Source: Felis catus | Lineage: Eukaryota | Assembly (NCBI RefSeq): GCF_018350175.1 | Contig: NC_058368.1 | Coordinates: forward strand, 194,434,001-194,498,000 | DNA: 64,000 nucleotides | Reading direction: 5' to 3' | Shown: positions 1 to 12,788 of the stretch, piece by piece | How positions within the stretch are numbered: position 1 is the stretch's first letter | Layout: every line of letters begins with the position of its first letter | Made by a program: the position numbers and the translations under genes | The notes under the pieces: generated by a model | Databases searched by the model: none | Seen by the model: the letters and a program-made list of their open reading frames with translations, nothing else | Told to the model about the DNA's origin: nothing

Positions 1-826
1 AGAAGACATCCAGATGGTCAACTGACACATGAAAAAACATTCAACATCTCTCATCATCAGGGAAATACAAATCAAAACCACAATGAGATACCATCTTACA
101 CCTGTCAGAATGGCTAACATTAACAACTCAGGCAACAACAGATGTTGGCAAGGATGCGGAGAAAGAGGATCTCTTTTGCATTGTTGGTGGGAATGCAAGC
201 TGGTGTAGCCACTCTGGGAAACAGTATGGAGGTTCCTCAAAAAACTATAAATAGTACTATCCAATGACCCAGGAATTGCACTACTAGGCATTTACTACAA
301 GGGATACAGGTATGCTGTTTCGAAGGGACACATGCACCCCTCCATGTTTATAGCAGCACTCTCAACAAAAGTCAAAGTATGGAAAGAGCCCAAATGTCCC
401 TTGATGGATGAATGGATAAAGATGTGGTATATATACACAATGGAGTATTACTTGGCAATCAAGAAGAATGAAATCTTGCCATTTGCGACTATGTGGATGG
501 AACTGGAGGCTAGGTGCTAAGTGAAATTAGTCAGAGAAAGACAAAAATCCTATGACTTCACTCATGAGGACTTTAAGAGACAGAACAGATGAACATAAGG
601 GACGGGAAATAAAAATATAAAAATAGGGAGGGAGAAAAACATAAGAGACTCATAAATATGGAGAATAAACTGAGGGTTACAGGAGGGGTTGTGGGAGGGG
701 GGATGAGCTAAATGGGTAAGGGGCACTAAGGAATCTACTCCTGAAATCATTGTTGCACTATATGCTAACTAATTTGGATGTAAAATTAAAAAAAAAAAAA
801 AAAACAAAGAAAATTAAAAGAAAAAG
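1..826 (+). mobile_element. LINE-1 3' end (carnivore L1): degenerate ORF2 C-terminus, 3' UTR and poly(A) tail; runs off the window start
   Basis: Translates to ORF2 C-terminal motifs ([68 protein letters not shown]) with in-frame stops. G-rich 3' UTR and an A-tail starting at 788. Confidence 0.95.
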
Positions 827-840
827 GCTAAGTAAAAAAA

Positions 841-1044
841 TTTTTTTCTAATGTTTATTTTTGAGGAGGAGGAGGGGCAGAGAGCGAGGGAGACACAGAA
901 TCTGAAGCAGGTCCAGGCTCTGAGCTGTCAGCAGAGAGCCGGACGCAGGGCTCAAACTCAGAAAGAGGCTCGAACTCACAAACTGCAAGAATAGGACCTG
1001 AGCTCAAGTCAGCCACTTAACTGACTGAGCCCCCCAGGTGCCCC
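841..1044 (-). mobile_element. Can-SINE (SINEC_Fc-like), abutting the L1 tail
   Basis: Reverse complement of the GGGGCACCTGGG.GGCTCAGTCAGTTAAG head, the ctgtgtctccctc body and the A-tail. Confidence 0.92.
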
Positions 1045-1221
1045 AATTTTGGCATCATTTAAAACACCTGAATGTGGTTTTCCTGAACTTTTAAGAACTT
1101 GATTAGTAAAATAATATGTTATAGTTGTAGATTTCCTCTGATTTCAAGCTGGTTTGCTGAGGAAATACAGAATGCACATTGTCAAGAAAAATCAATGCCT
1201 AATTACAAGAGGGATGCACTA

Positions 1222-1437
1222 GGGATGCGTGGTTGGCTCAGTCAGTTAAGTCTCCGACTTCAGCTCAGGTCATGATCTCATGGTCCATGGGTTTGAGCCC
1301 CACATTGGGCTCTGTGCTGACTGACAGCGTAGAGCCTGGAGCCTGCCAGCAATTCTGTGTCTCCCTCTCTCTATGCCTCTCCACCACACACGTGCACATT
1401 CTCTCAAGAATAAACAAACATAAAAAAAAAAAAAACC
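1222..1437 (+). mobile_element. Can-SINE with 12-bp TSD
   Basis: tRNA-like head, CT-rich body, A-tail. TSD agggatgcacta at 1210-1221 and 1438-1449. Confidence 0.95.
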
Positions 1438-1892
1438 AGGGATGCACTATTTTCAGTTTTCTGACAATACTGTTTTCAGAATGCTTGCTCTGATTAACAC
1501 TCCCGTAGATATTTTCGTTAAAATTTTCCCATGCATATCATTCAAGAAGCCCATTGCTTTTAAGTACAGACCCTAGATTTACAACGCCCAATGCCTTCCC
1601 CCAGCAGGAGCTGCTGCCCTGAGCCCTTCTGGCAGCCTGCCCCATTTCCACCTGCCTGGCTCCAGACCTCCCCCCACTGCCTCAACAGAGCAGCTCCTTC
1701 TTCTGTGTTAATAGTTCTTGTGAGGAACATTTCTATGGGTAACAGTGTTTGGAAACCATTCATCTGCAACAGCACCTTCATTTATCAGAGAAACAAACAC
1801 TAGTACCTGGAGTGGAAAAGGCCCTGTAGTCCTGCTTCCCACATGATGAACACCAGGGTTCAGACCCCTGACCCTTCATGTATGACAGTGGG

Positions 1893-2358
1893 TGTATTTG
1901 TGTCCACTTCTGCTACAAGTTACGACACATTCAGCAGCCTAAAAACACAACCAGTTTGTTAGCTCACAGTTCTGGAGGTCGTTAAGTTTGACGTGGGTCT
2001 CACAAGGCCGGATTCCTTTCTGAAGGCTCTTGCCTTTTATAGCTTCTGGGGACTACCTGCATTTCTTGGTGTGTGGCCCCCTTGTCCATCTTGATTCACA
2101 GCCAGTGGAATTGGGGTGAGCCCTTTTCATGTTGCCATCTGTCCTGTTCTCTCCTCCATAGTCCTATCTCCCCCTGACCAGTCAGGAAAGGTTTTCCACT
2201 TTTAAAGACTAATGTGATTAGATTGGCTCACCTAGATAACCCAGGATCGTTCTCCCATCTCAAGGTCCTTAAGCACATCTGCACACGTAAGGCAATATTC
2301 ACAGGTTCTGAAAATTAGGAGGTAGACCTCTCACAGAGCCATCTTTCTGCGGACCACA
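1893..2358 (-). mobile_element. MaLR solo LTR (MLT1B/C-like)
   Basis: ctcacagttctggagg, gattagattgg.tcacctagataacccaggat..tctcccatctcaaggtcctt and ttcacaggttctg match my recollection of the MLT1 reverse consensus. Confidence 0.75.
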
Positions 2359-2767
2359 GGGAGTATTGGTATGCCCTGCCCTAGTCTAACTACCAGACAC
2401 AACATACTCATTAACACCAACTCGCCAAGGCAGTTATTCCCAAGCTCAGAATTATACACACCCTAATAAAGTCCATTTGGATAGGCATAGAAGAAAGGAA
2501 AACCATTCTCAAAGTTTGTTTTTGTGGTTTTAAATCTTAGATGCCATCTATTTTTGGCATGGTATAGACTCAACACTGACTGTACCAACTTTTTTTTTTT
2601 TTTGCATATTCTCATATAGTTTAGAAGTTATATGAAAGAAACACATTTTACTGGTATGGGATATATAACTAAAAAAGAGGTGTTTGGAGTATTTTCCTAG
2701 AAATAAAATATGTGGATTTTGACGTAAGAGATCAGCAAAGTGGAATTTCCAGGTTACCGTATATTTC

Positions 2768-2962
2768 TTTAAGTGTTTATTTATTTGAGAGAGAGAGAGA
2801 GAGCACACACGCAAGAGTGGAGACAGAGAGAGAGAAAATCCCAAGCAGGCTCCATGCTCAGTGCAGAGCCCAATGCGGGACTCGATCTTACAACCTCAAG
2901 GGCATAACCGGAGCTGAAATCAGGAGTCGGACACCTAACTGACTGAACCACCCAGGCGCCCC
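2768..2962 (-). mobile_element. Can-SINE (older gggattctctc-type)
   Basis: Ends ...ccacccaggcgcccc; (GA)n tract and T-rich tail. Confidence 0.92.
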
Positions 2963-3679
2963 ACCACACTATTTCTGATCAGTCTTATGCAAAATGTGAA
3001 CTTTATTGTCAAGAAAATACAGGTCTTTAAGTGGTTGACAGGACACAACTTTGTTTGAAAACCAATTGGTAGTTCCAATCCTCAGGTAGTTCCTGAGGGC
3101 AAGCATCTCAAGTCTCCTGGTCAAATAGCCCTTTTCCATTGGCAAGTTGATCTGGGCAAGAACACAGCCCTGAATCAAGGGATCTGGTAATTCCTAATCT
3201 GAGGTGAAAATCCTCCATAAAGCTCTGACATCTTTGTTCTTCATGTGTCCTCAACACAGAAATCCTTGGCTGCACTGATCATGTACCCTCAAGCCATCCT
3301 TCTTCCTTCGAATGTCCAGTTCTTCCACACTCTCCCATCTCCTTTCAAAATTTACATGGTACCCTTCAATCCCAGAAAATTCCATCATTCCCACCTTTGA
3401 ATTCAACACAAGAGTCACAGAATGTGAGCTGGTGCTTCAAAACGGAATACTACACATTCATGATATTTCTGGAAAGCGACAGAGGACATCCATTTAACAA
3501 GCATACATGGAGAACCTTATTTGTCAAATTCCCAAAGGTAGTAGATCTCGGTTATACCTTGAAATCACCAAGCAAGTTTTTTAAAAAATACGTATTGATA
3601 ACTGTGGTCCTACTGCTAAGACTCCGATAGAATTCTCTGGCTTATGACCTAGGCAGCTTATTAAAACTGCAAATCCCGT

Positions 3680-3903
3680 GGGGCACCTGGGTGGCTCAGC
3701 CCATTAAGTGTCTGACTTCAGCTCAGGTCACGATCTCATGGTTCATGAGTTTGAGCCCTGCATCAGGCTCTGTGCTGACAGCTTAGAGCCTGGAGCCTGC
3801 TTTGGATTCTGTGTCTCCCTCTTGCTCTGCCCCTCCCCAGCTCACGTGGTCTTGCTCTCTCAAAAATAAACATTTTAAAAAATTCTAAAAATTAAAATAA
3901 AAA
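3680..3903 (+). mobile_element. Can-SINE with TSD
   Basis: Full head, body and tail. TSD tgcaaatccc(g/a)tg at 3668-3680 and 3904-3916. Confidence 0.95.
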
Positions 3904-3995
3904 TGCAAATCCCATGGTTCCTACACAGACCCTTCTGCTCCTTGTAAAATTGTTTCCTGGAGGAGAAGGGTGAGCCCCAGCAAGAAGTATATATA

Positions 3996-4218
3996 TTTTA
4001 ATTTTTTTAATGTTTTTTAAAATTTATTTTTGAGACAGAGAGAGACAGAGCATGAGGAGGGGAGGGGCAGAGAGAAGGGGGAGACACAGAATCCAAAGCA
4101 GGCTCCAGGCTCTGAGCTGTCAGTACAGAGCCCAAAGCAGGGCTCAAACTCACGGACTGTGAGATCATGACCTGAGCCGAAGTCAGACACCCAACCAACT
4201 GAGCCACCCGGGCAGCCC
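3996..4218 (-). mobile_element. Can-SINE with TSD
   Basis: TSD caagaagtatat at 3981-3992 and 4220-4231. Confidence 0.95.
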
Positions 4219-7200
4219 ACAAGAAGTATATTAATAAAAACCTTAGATAGGTTGAGTGGTAATGGTTCTCAGAATACACTTGGAGTATCATACTGATGGG
4301 TGATAAAGAATTTTAGGGCAGCACAGAAGGGGCTGAGTGAGAAAGTTTGCTCATTTGAGACAATCTTTGTGTGACTACTGTCGTAGAGGTAGAGCCCCTC
4401 CCTAAGGAATGTGGTGGAGGCCTCCTCACAACAAAGGAAGGTAACATGGCCCAATCAACTCCTATCCACATCTTCATAGCTCTGACCTAACTCTCTAACT
4501 TGGACTGTGTCCAGACTTATGTGTTACCACGTAAGTAGAAATGGCATAAAAGGCTACAGCTCGCAGCACTCAGGGCTCAGTTTTTCAAGTACAACCCACT
4601 GAGCCCATGCTGGCACAACCAATAGTTTCCTTGACAAAGCCTCAGGGTCCCATCTCTCCGTGCAAGAATCCTGCTACACTACTACCACTACTACGGGTGA
4701 AAAGAAAGACAGACACACAGAGCTTACACCAAGGACTGATTTTTTTCCATGAACAATAGTAACTAAATGGCAAATCTGGAACCCAGACCCAACGATTCCA
4801 ACTTTCACTTTCTCTCCATACTGTCTCTACTATTGGATTTCTAAGTAGATCAGGAAACCCTTGGATGGAACTATTTCACTAACCTGAAAGCAGCCTTACC
4901 GTCAACATTGAAATCTTGCACCCTGCTTAGAAGACATTAATACCAAAATGAGAAATAATTTCACTCTCTGCCACCACCTAATAAAGATCTGTTTAGAAAC
5001 CATGGTCCTTCCAGACAGGGCTGTTTCTCATAGATTCTGTACCTGCAATTTGGAGGAGCACTCATTAGAAACCAGTCAATGTGCAAGCTTTGCATGCTAC
5101 ACCTGTTCATGCAGAGATACAGGAAAAACAGCAAAAGCTACCTAGTTGGGGCGTTTTAGAAGAGTTTTGATTAAAAATTATGTGTACTATTTTAAGGCAT
5201 TTTGATCCAATCCCCATGTGCATCATGTAAGCGGGTCGGAAATTACAGTTGAAGCCAATTTTAAACACAAGAGTCAAAAGTTGATACCCACCTTTCAGCC
5301 TCATTCAATCTCTTCTTAACCCTTAGATTCATCTCTGAGGTTAAATAGAACAACCCTAATTTTAACTCCAGAGCCTGAAGTCTTTAATGCAGTGCACTAT
5401 CTCTAGCTTTAGTTTTATTTCTGAGAGGAATAAATTTCTGAGAGGCAGACTGCTTGCTTGTTCCTGGTGCATCAGAAGAAAAGATCATGACCTCTGCTGT
5501 CCTCCTCACCTGTGAAACATTAAGCTAAATTGGTCATTTGCTCTATCCAGCACACTCGTAAAGGGAGTTTAGTCACAAAGGAAAGCTTCTCTTATTTTGC
5601 ATCTTGATCTTTGTAAACGACCTTTGAGTCTTATTATGTTATTTCCTCCTCTCCTGAGGAAAAAAAAATTAAAAAAGGAAACCACTTGACTAATGGGTGA
5701 CCTACCCACCAGGTCAATGTTCCCTGGCTTAATTTAGTTGTTATTAATGTACAGTAGATCTCCATATGTCTTTGGCTTTCTCATTTAATGAGTAATCAGT
5801 TAAAGAAATCTTTCCAGGGCTCAGGGAGCACACATATCCACAGTTATTCCCCAAACTGGATTCTTAGACGGCTTTATCTTTTTTGTTCTTATTAGCTCAG
5901 CACAAAAACTAGCAACATTTTCATCTAATGATACAGGTGCATAGCCTAAAAGTCCAACAGTACCAGAAACAAGAGCATTAAAAAAATTAACTGCCTCCTG
6001 CTGCATTCTGCCACACTATGGACTCCCACTCCCCAGAGGCAGTGATTACCTCAGTCACTTAGTGCCCAAGCAAAGCAATCCTTTGACTACTCATAAGCTG
6101 AAAAGATTGGACTCGAGAGGACTCTAGGAAAGTTTTCTTGAAGAGACATTATAGCTAATAAGGCTGTGATTCCCACAGGAAAAAAAAAATCTTTTTGGAA
6201 ATACGATCTGGACAAGATCTGGTAACACTGCTTCTAAAATTTCTCCCACAGTATTGTAATCACTAACCTGTCCTCCTTCACCCAATTTTGCCCACAGCTT
6301 TGCTGTGGGCAACAGCCCAACACGCATACATCTCCTCAGGGGGTGGTTTGCCAGTAGTGAGATTTATAGCAGCAAATTTGTCTTTTTATTTATTCAACAC
6401 CACTCTCTCTCACAGATAGGTTCAAGAGAGCCAGACCCCTGCTTTCTCCTAGAACCAGAGTGGGTAGAAAGAGGTTCTGCTCTTTCCCTTCTTCACAAGG
6501 AAATAAACAGGAGAGTGAGCCACAAAAGATTTGTTCTCATTTGTGGGCCATAGTGGTGTCCTTCTTGGAATACAGACACAGCAATTTTGTCTCGCATACT
6601 TTCATGTATTCACAGGATCATACAGATTTGGGAGAGTATTTCCAATTCATGTTTCATTGTGCATTCAGGTCACAGGCTTGCCCCCTCAATCAACTCATTT
6701 TGTAGTTTTGTGAATCATCTTCTCTGTCAGTATATGCATTGTTACCTCCCAAGTACCGTCCTCAGGATATCCCCTTCTCTTGCTGTGTCCTTCCTTCTCA
6801 GACCCTGTTCAACTCTTCCTTGCCTAGTTCTTTTTCATCCTCCTTAGGGTCTTTGTCTTTTAGAAACTGTTGGCTACAGTGCTAAGCCTCTCTCTCTGCT
6901 CCTCTCACTAGGGTGCCCCTTGAACCTCCTCTGAAGCTTTGGTCTCCATCTCCTTCAGGCTATACCACAGAGATGGCCAGGCCTTCTGCAGGTGCAAAAG
7001 AGCAGTTCATTTGCTTCAACTTATTGGGTCAAACATGAAAGTAATTTCCCATGGAGACAGCAAGCACTGCATTTCCTTCATGTAATCAAGCTGGATGAGC
7101 CCCTTTCCTCTGAGGCTGAACACAGGGCACCTTTTCACTTCGCAATCCCAGGCCAAGCTCTTAGGCAATATTTTCCCTCTATCACAGTCAAAATGAATGG

Positions 7201-8664
7201 GCATTTTCTAAACTCAAGGGCTTACAATATATAGTGGAATTACATAAGAACTCACCTCCAAGAACAAAGGAACATAGTCACAGAGTTGGATGCTATACAT
7301 TGTTGCACGTTTGTTTGCCCTCAGCTTCTATTCACAGTTGAAAAGCAGCCATCTGTACTTACCCCCAGTTTTTCCCTCCCTCCTTCTCAGTCCTCTGTGG
7401 ACCTTAAGTCTTAATCTGAGTCCAAGCTCTGATGGAATGTGCAGTCCTCTTGTCAGGGGGACCAAGGGGGACCTAGGACAACATACCATGCTCTGCCTGA
7501 ATGACCTAGAGAAACAGCTGGGTTTTCAATACTCCACTGATAAGGTTTCAAACATATACCTCAAGGAAAAGAGGGCACCATTAGGAACACAGAGTTAAGC
7601 CCTTAGATCATTCAAGCTTACCTGGCTCTTCCCAATCTTCCCAAACTCATAGCATAGGTCCCCAATCAACCAAAACTTTGGCATGCTGTCTGCACAAGGC
7701 AAGATGATTCTAACCCCCAGTAGGCTCCTGAATACTCAAACAGGCATGAAAGACTCAGCAGACCCTTGTTAAAACCTTCAGCTGCCAGAAATCCATAGAA
7801 ATAGGCCTGAGCTAATGCTATGCTCTAGATACCTGCTCCCCTGCATCCAGGTTCACGCGAGCTGCCTGTTCCCACAGAACAAATTTGACCTAAGTCCAGG
7901 GAGGTCAGACTCAAACATATCACTGAGTATCTCACTTTCTCAGTCGAGTCCAAGGCATTCCACTGGCTGCAACTACCTCTGTCCTCATTGGTAGCAGTGG
8001 ACCTTCTACCACAGCCCTGACTAGGCCTCCAAATCTGAAGGGCACACAGATATAAGAAATTTCTGAAATTCTGTTCAGTTAGAAAGCCATCTTACTAAAA
8101 CTCCAGTCTGTTCCCAAAGACCTTCTGTATTTCCTTCACCGGACTGCCCAAAGGTGAGTGAGCTATCTTTGTAAGACCTCTGTATCAGAGAGCCCAGAAC
8201 AGGGTGGGTCATTACTTACCCCAAACCAAGAGAAGAAACAGCCATCTCCAGCTCAGAAGTTCTTGGCTGGGATCTCCCAACTGCCCCATCCTGATTATAT
8301 AGGAAAAGGGTGCTGTAAATGTCCTGGTAATTCACAGCAGGTGTGAGGAAGACTGATGATTACTTCAGAGAAACACTGGGCACCCAGAGAGGACCAACAG
8401 GAAATTGTAGGGCTAGTCTTCCAAACCCTAGTGTGTATAAAATCACCTGGGAACAGTGAAAAATGTCTATTTCCAGGATTCAGTCACAGAGATGATATTC
8501 AATGATAAACAATGCACATCCCTAGTGCATATGAATTGCCAAAGCCAAAGAAGCAGGTCTAAAACTACAACTAACCCCAGAGGAGAGAACTTCTTACGAG
8601 AGGAAAGGATTTTGTTCTCAGGGAAAGAGTAGCTTTGGCTCCTGGCTGAGTCAATGCTAATAAC

Positions 8665-8870
8665 AATAATAACGTTAACTTTTACAGCGTGCTTGCTCTC
8701 TGCCAGGCACTGTGCAGGTGCTCGATAGGCATTATTTAATCTTCCACAATACATGCTAATATCCTCATTGTATAAAAGAGGCCTAGATTGGCTGTTATGT
8801 GCCACATAACTGTAAGTAATAAAAACTAGAATGGACTGATATTAGTCTGACTCAAGTCCCTGATCTCTCT
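8665..8870 (-). mobile_element. MIR fragment
   Basis: tgccaggcactgtgc..., atttaatcttccacaa: MIR core on the reverse strand. Confidence 0.6.
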
Positions 8871-9170
8871 TAACAGTAACCCTAACACCTTAGTAACATC
8901 CCTCTGTGTCACTGAAAATACTGAATCAGCCACTTAACTATGCTTGTCCGTGTCCCCAGAGCCCACTACTCCCCTTCAGTGTAGCTGCATGGGATCACAG
9001 CCCCTGGAGACAGCTGTAGAGGATGTTGGCTGAAAATACCTACTCAGCCCTCATTTCTTACGAGATTCTAAGAGCTCTGCATGGGCTAATTTATTTCATC
9101 TTGATAACAACTCTATTACTGCCACTATGTAGATCAGGAAACACTAGGGCCTGAAGACATTTAAAAGTTG

Positions 9171-9699
9171 TGAGAGACTGAATATATAAACGGACAAGGG
9201 CAGGACCACATATAAAAACAGAACTCTGACCTGCAGCCATCTTCCCAGGAAACCAATCCCCTTATCTATGACCAACAGCCCAGGAAGCCAGCCTGCTATG
9301 AGTCAGACTTTTCAGAGGTCTGGTTGCTATATTCAGTAACAATACAGGAAGTGAAACAATGACTTCTATAACAACCTGGCCCAAATGGCCAGGACTTGAC
9401 TAATAACTGACAATTTCCCTAAATTTTGTCCCCACTTCCAACTTAGGACCAACCAGAGAAAGCCAAATAGGCTCTTCTAACCAGTCACATAGATGCTTCA
9501 GTTAGTTCAACAGGCTCCAGTCAAGGAACACCTGGAGCCTTCCCTCTGTCCACACAGCTTTCCCACTCCTCTGCCTGCCTTTCAGTCTCTGTGAAGACAT
9601 AAGCGATGGTGACTGACTCCCTTGCTATATAGCAAGTTCAGAATAAATAGCCTTTACTTGTTCTCTTGGTTGGTCTTTTTTTTTTTTTTTTCTCCTACA
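9171..9699 (+). mobile_element. ERV1-class solo LTR (MER34/MER39-like) inserted into a MIR
   Basis: TG...CA termini, 4-bp TSD gttg (9167-9170, 9700-9703), AATAAA near the 3' end, and MIR halves on both sides. Confidence 0.85.
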
Positions 9700-9907
9700 G
9701 TTGCTCGAGATTACATAGCATCTGAGAAACAGAGCTGGGATTCAAACCAGGCATTTGGACCCCAGAGTGCACTCTCTTTAACTTGAAGATATAAAGCCTG
9801 CTCAACGCCTTCAGATTCACTCCCAAACTAGTATCTGCTTCTTCTAAGCCTTTGAAGATGCCTGACTTCTCCATCTAGTCTACCAGCTTCATTAGAGTCC
9901 CCTGGCC

Positions 9908-10141
9908 CAGGGTTTCTCAATATCAGCACTATTGACATTTTGGTTCTGACAGTCCTTTGTTGGGGGCAGGAGGTAGGATGTGCATTGTAGGGTATGATGC
10001 TCGGCAGCATTCCTGGCCTCTACCTATGCAGGTGCCAGTAGCACATTCCCAGCTCTGACAACTAAAAATATCTTCAGATATTGCCCTGGGTGTAAGGAGG
10101 AGACGGATGGGGAATAAAATGTCCCCCAGTTAGGAACCATG
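9908..10141. mobile_element. hAT-Charlie DNA transposon MER20
   Basis: cagggtttctcaa..cagcactattgacattttgg ... aaaatgtcccccagttaggaacca, with TIR-like ends. Confidence 0.8.
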
Positions 10142-10149
10142 ATCTAGAA

Positions 10150-10450
10150 CAGTGCTTCTAAAACGTTTCACATGTAACAAATCACTTGGGGACCTTGTTA
10201 AAAATTCAGATTGATTCAGGAAGTCTGGGGTGGGGCCTGAGATTTTGCATTTTTAACAGCTTCCAGGGGATGCCAATGTTGCCCACCTGAGAAGTAAAAA
10301 TCTAGATTGGAGTGCTTTCTTCAAATGTAGATTCCACGCATCCAACCCAGAAAATGCTTATTCAGAATGCCTGGCTGGGGCTCAGGCAACTGTATTCCGA
10401 CAAGTTTCTAAAGCACTTCTTATGCACAATAAAATGTGACATAACTGTGG
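10150..10450. mobile_element. MER5A followed by a MER5B-like fragment (hAT-Charlie)
   Basis: cagtgcttcta...aatcacttggggaccttgttaaaa...gtctggggtggggcctgagattttgcattttaacagcttccaggggatg; a second cagtgctt-like start near 10310. Confidence 0.7.
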
Positions 10451-10908
10451 TCTTGTTTTAGTAACTTCAAGTCCAGGACCCAGGGTTTCAGATATTCTGA
10501 GAGCGGCATGGAATCCCCTGGGAATCCTGAACACAGCCCACAGCTGTGGTAAGGGACACCTCATGGCAGTGATAAGTGTTTGATTCCCTGCCCCAAGGGA
10601 AGACTCTTTATTTTGACATGGCTGGAGAGAAATCCCTCCCAAGGGAGAGGGGCACTCCACGATTCTAGGACAGACCGAAGAAATGGACTCTGGCTACTGG
10701 AAGCAGATATGGGCATTCTAAGGGGAAAGAAGGCTTCAGCGGGGCCCACAGAAGCAAGCTCAAGAAGGAGATGGAAAGGCAGCTCCAAGAGATTCCTACA
10801 GCAAGGGTCAGTAAGGAAGAGTCTCCTAGAATGAATACATTCCCAATATTTAATCCTCCCCCTTAGGTCACTCAGCTTAAGACTCAAAAAGAGAGCCAGA
10901 AGCAGAGA

Positions 10909-10914
<6 letters not shown>

Positions 10915-10941
<27 letters not shown>
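10915..10941. repeat. (CA)n microsatellite
   Basis: Pure CA run. Confidence 0.95.
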
Positions 10942-11439
10942 TCCAGAAAAAATGGTTTGTCTAGCTAGGTATTGGTTATAAATTCGTCATAATTATTTGG
11001 GATCTTTCATTCTAAGAGTATGTACATCTCCTACCAGAAGGATTAATAAAATGATTTACTGCTGTAAGATCCTTGAGTTAAAATTGCATTTATTCATATG
11101 CAATGCAATAATCTAAAAGAGATGGGGGGAGGTGAGTGGAAAGGTAAATCAAAAAGGAACAGAGAAAACCTAACTTTCTCTAGAGTTAACATGATTATCT
11201 AATAGTAATGAACCTTAAGTCTTTGCATACAAGGGAAGTCAGGAGAGCATCCCCATGTATAAGCTAAGCCCTGTGTTAGACACTTTATTTGCATGATCTA
11301 ATTTAACCTCAAAATAACCCTATGAAGTAGGTGTCATTGCCTACTTTTTTGGATCAAGAAACCAAAGCTCAAAGAGTTTAGTAATCCTTCCTATCACATA
11401 GCAAATAAGAGTGAAATATGTATACTTCCTTTTTTCTCT

Positions 11440-12615
11440 TTACCTTATTTATCTATTACATTCGTTAAATTAGAAATCTGCCATTTTATACCCAATTATG
11501 GCTCAAATGACCATAAATGGCACCATCCAAGCCACTTGACAAATGGCATCTGGCTTACTCAAGGCACCTCCTACCTTGTCTTCAGGCTTCCAGTTTTGCT
11601 CTCACCCAATCTACTCTTCACATAGCCACTGGAGTGATATTTTTTAAATGCAACTGTTATCAATTTAAATGCAACTGTTATCAAATCCCACTCTCCTTCC
11701 CTTCCATTGCCCTTGATAACAAAACTTAAACTGCTTTGTCTTACAATGCTAAGATACAACCCCTCCCTACTTTTCCAGCTTCATTTTTCCCAATGTCCTC
11801 CTCCCTTTCCTCTCACCTCTACTGTCCTTGCACCTTGTGTTCAAGTCAGAGTGGATTCCTTTTATTTCTTTCAGCAATTCCATGTTCTCTCTCATGTCTT
11901 TCTCTCCACCCAAAATGCTCTCCCTGCTTGGATAAGTTTGACTTACTGTCCCAAGGCATCACGTCCTCAGGGAGGCCTGTAGTCCCTCACACTTTACACT
12001 CCCATAGCACCCTGTGCTTTCCCTATCATGATGCTCAACACACTTTGTTGTGGTGGCCACAAAAATTCACCTCCCAGATCTGAGGGGTATATAATTCAAT
12101 GACTCCAGCATGGAAGCCATACTTACCTCCAGCAGCTTCCAGCCCATGACTGATCTTAGAGGAATACTAAAGCAGGTCCATTCCTGGAAGATGTGATTCC
12201 TCTGATTGCTGACTTGGCTAAAAACTCTCATCAGTGGTGCCAAAACTTTACGAGAATAGCACAGATTTGTCCCACATATATTTCTTGCTTCCTTCTCCCC
12301 TCCACAGGGTCAGACATGCATTGTGTTCTAATGGTTCTATCGTGCTCTCCCAACCTCACCTAGCTCCTTCTCCATTTTCTTTTATAGGCATGTTCTCCAA
12401 TAAGTCTCCTGCTGTCTGTTTCTCAGAGGACCAGAACTAACATCCTCATGTAATTCTCTATCTCTGCTCAATGGAGTCTGAGCCATATGAGAAAAGGGCC
12501 CACCCAGTCTGTTTTATAGAAGTCACTATTACAACTCCCATACCTAACACAGTGCCTGGCATATTGTAGCCACCCAGTAAAAACTGTCAAGTGAATGTCA
12601 TTAAATGAAGAATGA
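11440..12615 (+). mobile_element. L2 3' region interrupted by an LTR16-like ERVL LTR (about 12049-12442)
   Basis: L2 terminal motif acctaacacagtgcctggcatatt...gtgaatg. The inner element runs tgtggtgg... to ...tctgtttctcagaggaccagaactaaca. Confidence 0.65.
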
Positions 12616-12693
12616 CTGATTCTTCTGAATCTGATTCCAGAGCCCATTTTCTTTTCACCTCTCCATGTTTCTTCCCTACTGCCTCTGCCTTAA

Positions 12694-12695
<2 letters not shown>

Positions 12696-12732
<37 letters not shown>
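12696..12732. repeat. (CA)n microsatellite
   Basis: Pure CA run. Confidence 0.95.
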
Positions 12733-12733
<1 letters not shown>

Positions 12734-12788
12734 CAATACTCTGTGCTAGGTATGTTGTGATAATCAGATGTAAAGAACCATGGTTCTT

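Noticed and set aside
3680..3770. tRNA-like A/B-box sequences at SINE heads
   Set aside because: These are tRNA-derived SINE promoters, not tRNA genes.
5821..6006. Protein-like 61-aa minus-strand ORF (possible processed pseudogene)
   Set aside because: I cannot recognise a parent gene, and there is no poly(A) or TSD. BLASTX would be needed.
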